Source: an uncultured Thalassolituus sp. (GTDB lineage Bacteria; Pseudomonadota; Gammaproteobacteria; Pseudomonadales; Oceanobacteraceae). From it: DNA of 38,052 bases. The position numbers and the translations under genes are program-made. The notes beneath the pieces are model-generated. The model ran no database searches. It worked only from the letters and a program-made list of their open reading frames with translations, and was not told the DNA's origin. Of the stretch, positions 10,613-20,753 are shown in pieces (the stretch's first letter is position 1; each line of letters starts with the position of its first letter). The DNA lies in assembly GCA_913054055.1 (NCBI GenBank), contig CAJXIT010000001.1, positions 1 to 38,052 of the forward strand, written 5' to 3'.

Positions 10613-11362
10613 TCAGACAGACTGATGCGAAGCGCGATCAATTAAGTCTCGCATTTCTTTCACTGCCGTTTTTAACCCCACAAACATGGAGTGGGCCATA
10701 ATAGCGTGGCCAATGTTTAATTCGTTAATGCCCTTAATGGCAGCAATGGCTTCAGTATTGTGATAATGCAATCCATGGCCTGCGTTTACGATTAAACCCA
10801 AGCCCAAAGCAAATTCAGTGGCCTTGGTGATACGGATAAGTTCTTGTTTTTGCTCTTCTGGATCTATTACTTCAGCATAGTGACCTGTATGAATTTCGAT
10901 TACTGGTGCACCACAGCGCTTGGCCGCTTCAATCTGTTTTTCATTCGGGTCAATAAATAAAGACACTTCACTGCCCACTGCGGCTAGCCTTTCACAGGCA
11001 GACTGAATATTCGCTTCGTTACCGATCACATCTAAGCCACCCTCTGTTGTGAGCTCTTCACGCTTTTCTGGCACTAAACAAACGGCAGCTGGTTTAACGT
11101 CTTCTGCAATGGCGATCATCTCTTCAGTCACCGCCATTTCTAAATTCATACGAGTGTTGAGCATATCTTTTAAAACATACACATCACGGTCCTGAATGTG
11201 ACGACGGTCTTCACGCAAATGCAGTGTGATGCCATCGGCACCGGCTTCTTCTGCTTGTAATGCCCCATACACAGGGTCAGGGTAACGGGTTCCACGGGCT
11301 TGACGCAGTGTTGCAATATGATCAACGTTTACGCCTAATAAAACTCGATTGGTTGTTTTCAT
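10613..11362 (-). CDS. pdxJ: Pyridoxine 5'-phosphate synthase
   Basis: [43 protein letters not shown]. Confidence 0.98.
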   Translation of the reverse strand: MKTTNRVLLGVNVDHIATLRQARGTRYPDPVYGALQAEEAGADGITLHLREDRRHIQDRDVYVLKDMLNTRMNLEMAVTEEMIAIAEDVKPAAVCLVPEKREELTTEGGLDVIGNEANIQSACERLAAVGSEVSLFIDPNEKQIEAAKRCGAPVIEIHTGHYAEVIDPEEQKQELIRITKATEFALGLGLIVNAGHGLHYHNTEAIAAIKGINELNIGHAIMAHSMFVGLKTAVKEMRDLIDRASHQSV

Positions 11363-11407
11363 AATGCTCTCTCTTTTCTTTATTCAGGCATGTGCCATCA
11401 GGTATAT

Positions 11408-12133
11408 TTAAGCTGACAGACCTTTATATTGCTTTAATAATTCACGGGCTTGAATGGGTTTATAACCAATTATTGGTCTAAGTGCCAATCGAAGTAGGCG
11501 CTTGGCCATTCTTAATGTGCTCGTAAGGGTTAAGTCGCCATTGGCAAGGTGAAGCAAGTCTTGCCCTAAAAAACAACTATTGGGATTTTTTTTCACATAA
11601 GCATCCGCTACTCGAGCCATGCCTTGCTCAACAAAAAAGCCATAATGCACATTAGGGTCGAGCACTTCACCGGTTTTAAAATCCATGTCCCACTGATAGT
11701 TTTGCCCAAGGTGCTCTAGCAGGGCTAACTCAAATAAACGCAATGATTGCTCTAATGCTAGGTTATTCTGATTTAAATTCACCAAAGCTTTTTCGTAAGA
11801 CTCAAACAACCATTCGCTTTCAATCTCCGCTTCACTGCGCAGTGCACGCAACACCACTTCATTCACATAAAACCCACTGAACAGTGCATCCCCTTTTAAT
11901 GCCAAGGGTAAGCTAATGCTTTCAAATGTATCCAGTATTTTAAGATCCGTATCCCCTGTAAAAAAGATACTGTAATTGATGAAGGGTTGTAGGCTTTGAC
12001 CTTGTAGGATATTGCGCTTAATGCCTCTGGCCATGCAGCGAATTAAGCCATAATCAGGGGTAAACAAGTCCACCAGTGCACTGGTCTCTTTATAAGGACG
12101 AACATGCAGTACATAGGCTTTTTGTTTAATCAT
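11408..12133 (-). CDS. recO: DNA repair protein RecO
   Basis: AYVLHVRPYKETS, LQPF, GFYVNE, LRLFELALL; position era-recO-pdxJ. Confidence 0.93.
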   Translation of the reverse strand: MIKQKAYVLHVRPYKETSALVDLFTPDYGLIRCMARGIKRNILQGQSLQPFINYSIFFTGDTDLKILDTFESISLPLALKGDALFSGFYVNEVVLRALRSEAEIESEWLFESYEKALVNLNQNNLALEQSLRLFELALLEHLGQNYQWDMDFKTGEVLDPNVHYGFFVEQGMARVADAYVKKNPNSCFLGQDLLHLANGDLTLTSTLRMAKRLLRLALRPIIGYKPIQARELLKQYKGLSA

Positions 12134-12190
12134 AAGGGAGTTAGCTGGCGTTCATTATTATTATAAAATAGGAGCCTAAGCATAGAGAGA

Positions 12191-12222
12191 CAAAACGGGT
12201 TAAATGAAACTATTAACCCGTT
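12191..12222 (-). terminator. Probable intrinsic terminator between era and recO
   Basis: 10-bp inverted repeat AACGGGTTAA (12194-12203) / TTAACCCGTT (12213-12222) running into a short T tract on the minus strand. Confidence 0.55.
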
Positions 12223-12235
12223 ATCGACAAGGGTT

Positions 12236-13132
12236 TTAATCTAAATCGTTATAACCTAACGATTTTAATGCGCGCTCATCATCGGCCCAGCCACCTTTCA
12301 CCTTCACCCAGGTGTTAAGCATGACTTTCATACCGAACATGTCTTCCATGTCTTTACGGGCGTCAGTGCCAATTAATTTAATGCGAGCCCCTTTATCACC
12401 GATTAAGATTTTTTTCTGACCTTCACGCTCAACCAAAATCAAGGCATGAATGGTAATCAGGCGATCGGTTTCTTCATATTTTTCAATTTCCACCGTCATG
12501 GAGTACGGCAGTTCATCGCCTAATTGGCGCATGATCTTTTCGCGCACTAACTCAGCAGCCAAGAAGCGGGCGGTACGATCAGTAAACTGGTCTTTATCGT
12601 AAAAGTGCTCACCTTCTGGAATATAGTTGGCAATCTTCAGCTCAAGTTCTTCTACGTTTTTACCGTGCTTAGCACTGATAGGAAACATTTCTAGAAAATC
12701 GGCTTTCTTAGCAACCTCTTGCATAAAAGGTAACAAGTCGGATTTATCCGCAAGATAATCCACTTTGTTTACCACTAAAATACATGGGACATTGGCGGCT
12801 TTAATTTTTTCTAAAACAACTTGGTCTTCATCCGTCCACTTAGTGCGATCTATAACAAATACTGCAAGGTCCACATCTTTAATGGTGCTTGAAGCCACTT
12901 TGTTAATATAACGGTTTAAAGCTTTTTCAGAATAACCTTCATGCAACCCAGGCGTGTCTACATAAATAGCCTGAACTTCATCCGTGGTTTTCATACCCAG
13001 TATTTGATGACGTGTGGTTTGAGGCTTACGTGAAGTAATACTGAGTTTTTGCCCAAGTATGCGATTCAGTAGCGTTGATTTGCCCACATTTGGGCGACCA
13101 ACAATGGCAATGTATCCGCACTTTTCGGTCAT
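12236..13132 (-). CDS. era: GTPase Era
   Basis: [25 protein letters not shown] domain; start overlaps the rnc stop (TAATG). Confidence 0.98.
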   Translation of the reverse strand: MTEKCGYIAIVGRPNVGKSTLLNRILGQKLSITSRKPQTTRHQILGMKTTDEVQAIYVDTPGLHEGYSEKALNRYINKVASSTIKDVDLAVFVIDRTKWTDEDQVVLEKIKAANVPCILVVNKVDYLADKSDLLPFMQEVAKKADFLEMFPISAKHGKNVEELELKIANYIPEGEHFYDKDQFTDRTARFLAAELVREKIMRQLGDELPYSMTVEIEKYEETDRLITIHALILVEREGQKKILIGDKGARIKLIGTDARKDMEDMFGMKVMLNTWVKVKGGWADDERALKSLGYNDLD

Positions 13133-13809
13133 TATTCCGCTCCTAATGCTTTAAGCGCTTTTTCTGCCGCGCTCTGTTCGGCTAAACGACGAGAGCTACC
13201 AATGCCAATGGTCACTTCTGGTAATTTTTCAATATGGCATGCCACTTTGAATTTTTGATCGTGGGCCTGACCAAACACTTCAATCACATCGTATTTAGGC
13301 AAACGGTTTTGAGCTTTTTGCATGTATTCTTGCAGACGAGTTTTAGAATCTTTAACAATATCATCTACATTCAAACTGGTGATTCGGTCTCCGTACCAGT
13401 TAAGAACATGTTTTTTCACTTCATTAAAATCAGAATCTAAAAAGATAGCACCGATAATGGCTTCAACTGCATCAGCCAAAATAGATTCACGATTAAATCC
13501 ACCGCTTTTTAATTCACCTGACCCCAGAACTAAAAACTCACCGAGATCAAAATCACGACCAAGTTCAGCTAAGGTTGTACCGCGAACCAACCCTGCTCTT
13601 AAACGGCTTAGCTTACCTTCTTTGGCATCAGGAAATTTATGAAATAGAGCTTCGGCTGCTACAAAATTAACAATGGAATCACCTAAAAATTCTAAGCGTT
13701 CATTATTCAACCCACCTTTACTGCGGTGGGTTAAAGCAAGTTTCAGCAAGCTTTCATCTTTGAAGGTATAGCCAATACGCTGGCTTAATTTTAATAAAGG
13801 ATTATTCAC
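13132..13809 (-). CDS. rnc: Ribonuclease III
   Basis: NERLEFLGD signature, [11 protein letters not shown], dsRBD. Confidence 0.98.
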   Translation of the reverse strand: MNNPLLKLSQRIGYTFKDESLLKLALTHRSKGGLNNERLEFLGDSIVNFVAAEALFHKFPDAKEGKLSRLRAGLVRGTTLAELGRDFDLGEFLVLGSGELKSGGFNRESILADAVEAIIGAIFLDSDFNEVKKHVLNWYGDRITSLNVDDIVKDSKTRLQEYMQKAQNRLPKYDVIEVFGQAHDQKFKVACHIEKLPEVTIGIGSSRRLAEQSAAEKALKALGAE

Positions 13810-14161
13810 GGACGTCTACATAATGTTCAAAGGTGGCAACAAGTTCGATGTTTGAAAAAAAGCCAGTACGACGCTCATATTCCATTTCTATCACAATGGC
13901 AGAACCTTGACCTGTCACTTCAACGTATTCTAATAAATCACTAATTCCGTTGATGCTGAAGCGTTTTTCAATCATATCTTCTACGTTGGATCTAGTAGTC
14001 CCTTCTTTTCCACCTTCAATGACCATATTTTCAAAAACTGTTTCTATAGACATATTATCGGTGTAAAAAGGCACTACTTTCATCACTAAAACTAAGCCCA
14101 TAACTGCTAAGACCACCATAACAAGCATTGAAATTGCCCCGGCCCCATTTTGTTTATGCAT
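13802..14161 (-). CDS. DUF4845-family pilin-like membrane protein
   Basis: Prepilin-like N-terminus (KQNG + hydrophobic helix), KRFSING, YERR...NIELVATF; usual position upstream of rnc. Confidence 0.8.
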   Translation of the reverse strand: MHKQNGAGAISMLVMVVLAVMGLVLVMKVVPFYTDNMSIETVFENMVIEGGKEGTTRSNVEDMIEKRFSINGISDLLEYVEVTGQGSAIVIEMEYERRTGFFSNIELVATFEHYVDVRE

Positions 14162-14206
14162 GTTATTTTCCCTGCTCTGTTTATTATTCTTATCTACAGT
14201 CTAGCT

Positions 14207-14224
14207 GCTGTATTTAAATACAGC
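14207..14224. promoter_or_regulatory. LexA (SOS)-box-like perfect palindrome GCTGTATTTAAATACAGC
   Basis: CTGT-N8(all A/T)-ACAG at 14208-14223 matches the gammaproteobacterial LexA consensus; ~47 nt upstream of the DUF4845 ATG. Confidence 0.55.
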
Positions 14225-14268
14225 CATATAGACAAAGGGCTAGTCCCCAGGGCTATATGGCAAAATGA

Positions 14269-16077
14269 TTAGCTATCTACAGACAATACCGCATGGAAAG
14301 CAGATTGTGGAACTTCCACGTTACCTACTTGCTTCATGCGTTTTTTACCTTCTTTCTGTTTCTGCAATAGCTTTTTCTTACGGCTCACGTCACCACCATA
14401 ACACTTGGCCGTTACGTTTTTACGCAGCGCTTTTACAGTGGAACGAGAAACAATATTACCGCCAATTGCAGACTGAATGGCCACATCAAACATTTGACGA
14501 GGAATTAACTCAGCCAACTTTTCACAAAGTGCACGGCCATAGCTGCGAGTTTTATCTCTGTGGATGATCACGGCTAACGCGTCAACACGCTCACCGTTAA
14601 TCAAAATATCCATACGAACCAAAGGTGCGGCAGAAAAGTGGGTGAAACCATAATCTAACGACGCATAGCCTTTTGAAACAGACTTTAAGCGGTCAAAGAA
14701 ATCACCCACTACTTCACTCATTGGAATGTCGTATTTCAGCGCCACTTGGGTGCCGGTGAAGTTCATATCACGCTGTACACCACGTTTGTCCACACAGAGG
14801 GTAATCACGTTGCCCACCATCTCTTTAGGCACAAGAATATTGGCCTCACAAATGGGTTCGCGTAGCTCAACAATTTTACTCGGTTCTGGCAATTTAGACG
14901 GGTTAGCCACTTCGATAACGGAGTCGTCATTCATGGCTAATTCATAAACCACGGTTGGCGCAGTGGTAATCAGATCTAAATCGTATTCACGCTCTAAACG
15001 CTCTTGAATGATTTCCATATGCAACATGCCTAAGAAACCACAGCGGAAACCCAAGCCCAATGCATCAGATGATTCAGGTTCAAAAAACAAAGATGCATCG
15101 TTTAACGAAAGCTTATCCAGTGCATCGCGGAAGTCTTCATATTGATCTGAAGAAACAGGGAACAAACCCGCATATACCTGAGGTTTCACTTTACTGAAGC
15201 CCGGTAGCACTTCAGTTTCATCGGCTTTTTTACTCAGAACCAGGGTATCGCCAACAGGTGCACCATGAATGTCTTTGATGCCAGCACAGATAAAGCCAAC
15301 TTCACCTGCTTTTAAAATATTGGTCACTTCACGTTTAGGGGTAAAGATACCGACGCTGTCTGCTTGCCAATCACGACCCGTACTCATCACACGGATTTTA
15401 TCGCCTTTTTTCAAGGTGCCGTTTACAACACGCACAAGGGAGACAACCCCTAAATAACTATCGAACCAAGAATCGATTATCAAACACTGCAAATCACCAT
15501 CCACATCACCTTGAGGAGCGGGAATTTTCTGAATCATGTCTTCTAAAACATCTTCGATGCCTAACCCGCTTTTCGCAGAGCAGCGCACCGCTTCCGTGGC
15601 ATCGATACCAATAATGTCTTCAATTTCTTGGGATACTTTATCTGGATCCGCTTGTGGTAAATCCATTTTATTTAGAACCGGCACCACTTCTAGGTCTTGC
15701 TCGATGGCGGTATAGCAGTTGGCTACCGACTGGGCTTCAACACCCTGTGCAGCATCCACCACCAGCAAAGCACCTTCACACGCCGCTAAAGAACGAGAAA
15801 CCTCATAACTAAAGTCCACGTGCCCAGGAGTATCAATGAAGTTCAATTGATAGGTGTTTCCATCTTTCGACTTGTAATCAAGGGTTACAGATTGGGCTTT
15901 TATGGTAATACCGCGCTCACGCTCAATGTCCATGCTGTCCAATACTTGGGCCTGCATTTCACGGTCTGACAGACCTTCACAATGGGATATAAAGCGATCA
16001 GCCAAGGTAGATTTACCATGGTCGATATGGGCGATAATTGAGAAATTACGAATGTGTTCCAGACTGCTCACAGACAA
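14269..16077 (-). CDS. lepA: Elongation factor 4 (LepA)
   Basis: [51 protein letters not shown]. Start is TTG 16077 or GTG 16071. Confidence 0.98.
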   Translation of the reverse strand: MSVSSLEHIRNFSIIAHIDHGKSTLADRFISHCEGLSDREMQAQVLDSMDIERERGITIKAQSVTLDYKSKDGNTYQLNFIDTPGHVDFSYEVSRSLAACEGALLVVDAAQGVEAQSVANCYTAIEQDLEVVPVLNKMDLPQADPDKVSQEIEDIIGIDATEAVRCSAKSGLGIEDVLEDMIQKIPAPQGDVDGDLQCLIIDSWFDSYLGVVSLVRVVNGTLKKGDKIRVMSTGRDWQADSVGIFTPKREVTNILKAGEVGFICAGIKDIHGAPVGDTLVLSKKADETEVLPGFSKVKPQVYAGLFPVSSDQYEDFRDALDKLSLNDASLFFEPESSDALGLGFRCGFLGMLHMEIIQERLEREYDLDLITTAPTVVYELAMNDDSVIEVANPSKLPEPSKIVELREPICEANILVPKEMVGNVITLCVDKRGVQRDMNFTGTQVALKYDIPMSEVVGDFFDRLKSVSKGYASLDYGFTHFSAAPLVRMDILINGERVDALAVIIHRDKTRSYGRALCEKLAELIPRQMFDVAIQSAIGGNIVSRSTVKALRKNVTAKCYGGDVSRKKKLLQKQKEGKKRMKQVGNVEVPQSAFHAVLSVDS

Positions 16078-16201
16078 GTAAACCTAATAGGTGAAAATTA
16101 GGCGGAATATTACAACAAATCAGGCTTTTAAGGTAGCCAGCAGTCCATTTAAACCTAGGAATTGGGCACAATTCACAGGCTTATAGACAATTTAGCGAAG
16201 G

Positions 16202-16239
16202 AAAAAACAAAAAGCGCCTGATTTAAGGATTCAGGCGCT
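16202..16239 (-). terminator. Intrinsic terminator after mucD/degP
   Basis: AGCGCCTGA (16213-16221) / TCAGGCGCT (16231-16239) stem followed by a long T-rich tract on the minus strand. Confidence 0.8.
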
Positions 16240-16264
16240 CATATCTAGATTAATCTGATAAAGG

Positions 16265-17659
16265 TTAATCATTTACTCTTAAGGAGATAAACATTGGCGC
16301 ACCACGGCGAACAATCCTCATGGGCACTAAGCGGCCACTTGGCAACTTGCTCACCACCCGTTCAAAATCGCGAATGTCTCGAATAATTTCACTGTAAACC
16401 ATGGTGATCACATCCCCATTTATTAAACCGGCATTGGCACCAGGGCCCTGGCTGACATTTTTAACCAACACTCCGTCTGTGTCCCATTGCTTTTTCTGAG
16501 TAGATGTCAGTTCTGTCACCTCTATGCCAAGGCGATTAGACGTCACTTGCTTGTCTGGCACATGAGCTGCTGCCGCCATCCCCTGCTGAGGTAATGCACC
16601 AATTTTAACGGTTAGGGTTTTGGTTTTACCACGGCGTACAATTTTTAACCGAGCATTTGAACCTGGGCGCACTCGCCCAACCAAATGAGGCAAGTCGCTG
16701 CTTAGAATCACAGGCTTGCCATTAAATGCAGTGATGATATCCCCGTACTTCACTCCGGCTTCACCTGCTGGACCATTTTGCACCACTTGGCTCACTAACG
16801 CGCCCGCCGCTTTTTTCAGACCAAAGGATTCAGCTAGATCTTTATCGACTTCTTGAATGGCCACGCCTAACCAGCCACGGGTCACAGACCCCGTCTCTTT
16901 TAACTGATCAACCACTTCCATGGCCACATTCATAGGAATAGCAAAGCTTAACCCCATGAAACCACCGCTGCGGGTATAAATTTGCGAATTAATACCCACC
17001 ACTTTTCCATCAAGATTAAACAAAGGGCCGCCTGAATTACCTGGATTAATGGCCACATCCGTTTGAATAAATGGCACATAATTTTCATTGGGCAAACTTC
17101 GGCCTTTGGCGCTGACAATGCCCGCGGTAACAGAGTAATCAAAACCAAATGGACTGCCAATGGCGACAACCCATTCCCCAACTTTAAGCTTTTCACTGTT
17201 ACCAATTTCAACCGTGGGTAGGTATTTCGCTTCAATTTTTAAAAGCGCTAAATCAGAGCTGGCATCTGAGCCTATTAACTCTGCTTCAAATTCACGACGG
17301 TCATTTAAGCGCACAAATATTTGGTCGGCTCCGTCAATGACGTGATTATTGGTTAAGACATAGCCATCTTTGCTAACAATAAAACCAGAACCAAGCGAAG
17401 CTCGTTCTTGGCTATTGCCTCTAGGAGTTGTATGAGGGTTTGACCTTGGAGTTTGTGGCACCCCAAAAAAATGTCTAAAGATATCCGGCACGCCTTCTGG
17501 CAAATCCATGCCTCGCCCATAGCGACTAGTTTGCTTTTGCGTGGTGCTAATATTCACCACGGCTGGTCCAGCATCTTCTACCAGCTCGGTAAAATCAGGC
17601 AGCTGCGCCATTGCCGTCATTGATAAAAATACAAGGCAAAAACACAAAATAGACTTCAT
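16265..17659 (-). CDS. mucD: HtrA-family periplasmic serine protease (MucD/DegP-like), two PDZ domains
   Basis: Signal peptide, TNNHV, SDLALLKI, INPGNSGGPL catalytic triad, two PDZ domains; last gene of the rpoE operon as in Pseudomonas. Confidence 0.9.
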   Translation of the reverse strand: MKSILCFCLVFLSMTAMAQLPDFTELVEDAGPAVVNISTTQKQTSRYGRGMDLPEGVPDIFRHFFGVPQTPRSNPHTTPRGNSQERASLGSGFIVSKDGYVLTNNHVIDGADQIFVRLNDRREFEAELIGSDASSDLALLKIEAKYLPTVEIGNSEKLKVGEWVVAIGSPFGFDYSVTAGIVSAKGRSLPNENYVPFIQTDVAINPGNSGGPLFNLDGKVVGINSQIYTRSGGFMGLSFAIPMNVAMEVVDQLKETGSVTRGWLGVAIQEVDKDLAESFGLKKAAGALVSQVVQNGPAGEAGVKYGDIITAFNGKPVILSSDLPHLVGRVRPGSNARLKIVRRGKTKTLTVKIGALPQQGMAAAAHVPDKQVTSNRLGIEVTELTSTQKKQWDTDGVLVKNVSQGPGANAGLINGDVITMVYSEIIRDIRDFERVVSKLPSGRLVPMRIVRRGAPMFISLRVND

Positions 17660-17712
17660 TTAAATCTCCGTTTACTTTTTATCTTTTATTTCTTATCTAT
17701 AAAGCTTAACCG

Positions 17713-18177
17713 CTATTCCACTTCACACATGGGGATATGCGTGTGTGAAACGTCAAGCTTACGAATTAATTTTGGGTTCCAATGTTCAAAATCAAGGGTT
17801 TGAGTTCGAATATTGACCCAGACAAACCCAAGTAGCAAAGCCACAAAAGACAGTAAAATGGTTATGCCTTCAGCGGCCTCAAATGCGGTACTTAGTAAAG
17901 CCACTACCATCATAAAAAATAATGGGATGCCGTACATAATCAAAGATGACCTTAAAATGGCCTGCTCAGGCACACCAATAATCACCTGATCATTTACTTG
18001 AACGTCTAGACTGTTGCGTGCAACAGGTAAATCAATCTGCTTCTGCCCAACCTTTGCTAGCAGACTATGCCCACACCCTTTTTGCGCCTGGCAAGAGCCA
18101 CAAGCTGACTGCTGAATGGCTTGCACCCAAACTATATCGCCTTCAACTTTTAAAACCTTAGCCGTTTCTTCAACCAT
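17713..18177 (-). CDS. rseC: RseC/MucC family protein
   Basis: CGSCQAQKGCG cysteine motif plus two C-terminal TM helices; operon position. Confidence 0.92.
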   Translation of the reverse strand: MVEETAKVLKVEGDIVWVQAIQQSACGSCQAQKGCGHSLLAKVGQKQIDLPVARNSLDVQVNDQVIIGVPEQAILRSSLIMYGIPLFFMMVVALLSTAFEAAEGITILLSFVALLLGFVWVNIRTQTLDFEHWNPKLIRKLDVSHTHIPMCEVE

Positions 18178-18273
18178 ATCTTCTCATTATCACTGAGCGC
18201 ATCACCCAGCATCATTACCATAAACAACAATGGGGCATTATGCCCCATATAAGATTGAAACTGCCAGCTGAGA

Positions 18274-19269
18274 CTAACGCAGCTCAACACTTTGGGCGAT
18301 GCGCTGAGCAGTTGCCGCTGGAATCTCCCCAACTACGGTAATACGGTGAGTTTGTCCTTGCCACTGCTTGTGTAAAACAGCAAGCGCTGTGGGCCCTGCT
18401 TGAGCGGTGCCTTCATCCTGTACTTTTTCGACTCCTTCCACATACACTGAGAACATCACAATGCCATCACTGTATATGCGTCGTGCAGACAATTTAGGTG
18501 CATGACCCGAAGCCGTTTGATCTAAAAAACCCACAGGCATCCAATTTAAGCGCCACTCTAATATATCTTGAGCAGAAGCCTTTAGAACGGCTGTTGAATC
18601 CGCCAGCTTTAACTCCACGCCTTTATTTCTTGGAGTAAAGCGTTTTTCATTAAACTGTGTTTCTGGCTTAAAGTAACTGAATAAATAGCGCTCTAAAACC
18701 TGACCATTTTTTGCAATCAACTCAGTGCGCAAAGGCACCATTGTCTGTTGGTCTAACCACACTTGATAAAAGTGTCGAGTGGCATCTTTAGGCGATAATT
18801 GAACCCCAAGTACTGGCCGACCAGCCACACGCTGATTGCCTAAAAATTGAAATGCGTATGCGGCATTCAATTGTTTAATACTGCCCAAAGGCTTATTGGC
18901 AAACGGAGTATCCCCTCGCTTTTGTAGTTGCTCTACTGAGGCATCAGGGTGAATACAATAAAAGGCTTCGCCACGACGAATCACTTCTCGCACAGGCCCA
19001 TCCAAATGCATCATGCGCTCCCAAATTTCGCCATTATTCACACCATGAACAATCTCAATGTTCTGAACTTGATTACCCGCTTGATGAGAGAAAATCCCTT
19101 GGTACATGGCACTGGGCGCCAGTGCGAGCATGCGCTCATATAAGCCCTGCGCGGTGAGCGTTTGCTGTTCAGCTTCCTTAGACTGCACAGCCTCCGAATT
19201 TTGAGTCTCAACTGCAAGGCTTAAGCTTGTCACAAAAACCAGGGCAATAAATGCTACGCAACGAATCAT
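18274..19269 (-). CDS. rseB: Sigma-E regulator RseB/MucB
   Basis: Signal peptide, ERMMHLDGPVREVIR, RVAGR, YSDGIVMFSVYVE, ITVVGEIP. Confidence 0.92.
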   Translation of the reverse strand: MIRCVAFIALVFVTSLSLAVETQNSEAVQSKEAEQQTLTAQGLYERMLALAPSAMYQGIFSHQAGNQVQNIEIVHGVNNGEIWERMMHLDGPVREVIRRGEAFYCIHPDASVEQLQKRGDTPFANKPLGSIKQLNAAYAFQFLGNQRVAGRPVLGVQLSPKDATRHFYQVWLDQQTMVPLRTELIAKNGQVLERYLFSYFKPETQFNEKRFTPRNKGVELKLADSTAVLKASAQDILEWRLNWMPVGFLDQTASGHAPKLSARRIYSDGIVMFSVYVEGVEKVQDEGTAQAGPTALAVLHKQWQGQTHRITVVGEIPAATAQRIAQSVELR

Positions 19270-19889
19270 TAATTGCCCTTGCTCTTATTAGTGGTTTCAA
19301 AGTTAACGACACGTGCAAATGGCATGGCCGTTCGGCCCTGACCCAAAGCACTGTCTTGAGCATGCTGCTTCAAATAAGCGTTTAAACGCTGCTGCGCTTG
19401 CTGCATTTGAGCCTCATCTAAATCTGGATTTAACTGAGCACCTTGTCCTTGCGCAATCATCATTGGGCCTTTTTCTGGGGTGCGCTCTGGGGTCACAATT
19501 TCAATTTGGGTTTTAGAGGCAAACTGTTGATCAACAGACGTGTCCACCAAAGGATTAAAGCGTGCACCTAATACCACAGCAAACGTGACCGATGCTGCAA
19601 TGGATAATCCACCTACCGCTTTTAACCAAGACTTACTCTTATTGACGTCCGAGTCCCCTTCAAATGCTGCATTTTCGATGGCATCGCTCACGCCAGCGCT
19701 GATATCAATATGGCTAAACTCAGAAATCGTGCCCTTTACCGCATCGCTGCCAATGTGAAATCGAGACCAGGCTTGTTTTAACTCTGGGCTTTCATCAATG
19801 TCTTTCAATGTACGATGCATGGCCAGTTCATCTAGCTCACCATCCATTAAGGCTGACAAAGATTCTGTTTTGTTATCACTCATAGTCAC
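19269..19889 (-). CDS. rseA: Anti-sigma-E factor RseA/MucA
   Basis: ESLSALMDGE, WSRFH, TM segment IAASVTFAVVLG, C-terminal RLNAYLKQH. Confidence 0.92.
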   Translation of the reverse strand: MTMSDNKTESLSALMDGELDELAMHRTLKDIDESPELKQAWSRFHIGSDAVKGTISEFSHIDISAGVSDAIENAAFEGDSDVNKSKSWLKAVGGLSIAASVTFAVVLGARFNPLVDTSVDQQFASKTQIEIVTPERTPEKGPMMIAQGQGAQLNPDLDEAQMQQAQQRLNAYLKQHAQDSALGQGRTAMPFARVVNFETTNKSKGN

Positions 19890-19896
19890 CTCTTTC

Positions 19897-20498
19897 CTAG
19901 CCTTTGGCTGTTTTACTGTCAGTATTATTAATTAACGGGGCCATTGCTTTATCAATGGATTCCCGTGCGCGGAAGATACGAGACCTTACCGTACCAATGG
20001 GACAATCCATGGCTTCCCCAATTTCTTCGTAGCTCATACCTTCTAATTCACGCAGCCTAATAGCGGTTCGTAATTCTTCAGGTAATTGCTCAATGGCCTC
20101 AAATACCACCTGTTTAAGCTCGTCTCGGGCAATAATGCCTTCTGGCGTTGCTATATCTTTAAGAGAGGCAGAGGCACTAAAATGTTCCGCATCATCTACA
20201 TCAACGTCTTGAGCCGGTGGCCTACGGCCTTGGCTAACCAAGTAGTTTTTTGCAGTATTCACAGCAATGCGGTACAGCCAGGTATAAAACTGACTATCCC
20301 CTCTAAAGTTTTTGAGTGCTCGGTACGCCGCTTAATAAACGTCTCCTGAGCCACATCAGGCACTTCGCCCATGTCTACATAACGAGACACCAAGGACATG
20401 ATCTTGTGCTGATGTTTCAGTACTAACAGATCAAAAGCTCGCTTATCGCCCTTTTGAACTCTTAATACCAATTGTTTATCCGAATCTTGTAGCGACAT
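19897..20498 (-). pseudogene. rpoE: ECF sigma factor RpoE/AlgU interrupted by a 2-nt insertion frameshift (or an assembly error)
   Basis: ORFs 20259-20498 and 19897-20262 are the N- and C-terminal parts. The minus strand reads ATT AAG [CG] GCG TAC CGA. Removing 2 nt at 20329-20330 restores [33 protein letters not shown] and a 199-aa protein. Confidence 0.9.
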
Positions 20499-20590
20499 TG
20501 CTCCCCCGCGCTTTACACGCCAGTATTAGCCACCCGTTATCTGACTATTTATTATTGGGTTTGGCCAATTATGTATTCCTAATGCAAACA

Positions 20591-20618
20591 TTAGAATAGA
20601 CCTCTCTTAAAAAGTTCC
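20591..20618 (-). promoter_or_regulatory. Sigma-E (AlgU) autoregulatory promoter
   Basis: Minus strand GGAACTT-N16-TCTAA, the sigmaE/AlgU consensus, ~90 nt upstream of the rpoE ATG. Confidence 0.85.
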
Positions 20619-20753
20619 GGCTTTGTGCATTTAATTTGTAATAAAACCCAACAGAATCTCTCTAGCAAGTCATTGATTGCCGTTAAATACTTCTTAATTT
20701 GAAGGCTTCGCAGTATAGTGACGCCATTAAATTAAGGCTTAACAAGGTTATTT

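Noticed and set aside
14265-14567. 100-aa + strand ORF at the end of lepA, considered as a lepB replacement
   Set aside because: Antisense to the conserved lepA C-terminus with no SPase Ser/Lys motifs; a shadow ORF.
20259-20349. Programmed frameshift or phase variation in rpoE
   Set aside because: No slippery heptamer or simple-sequence repeat tract at the lesion; a one-off insertion or error is simpler.
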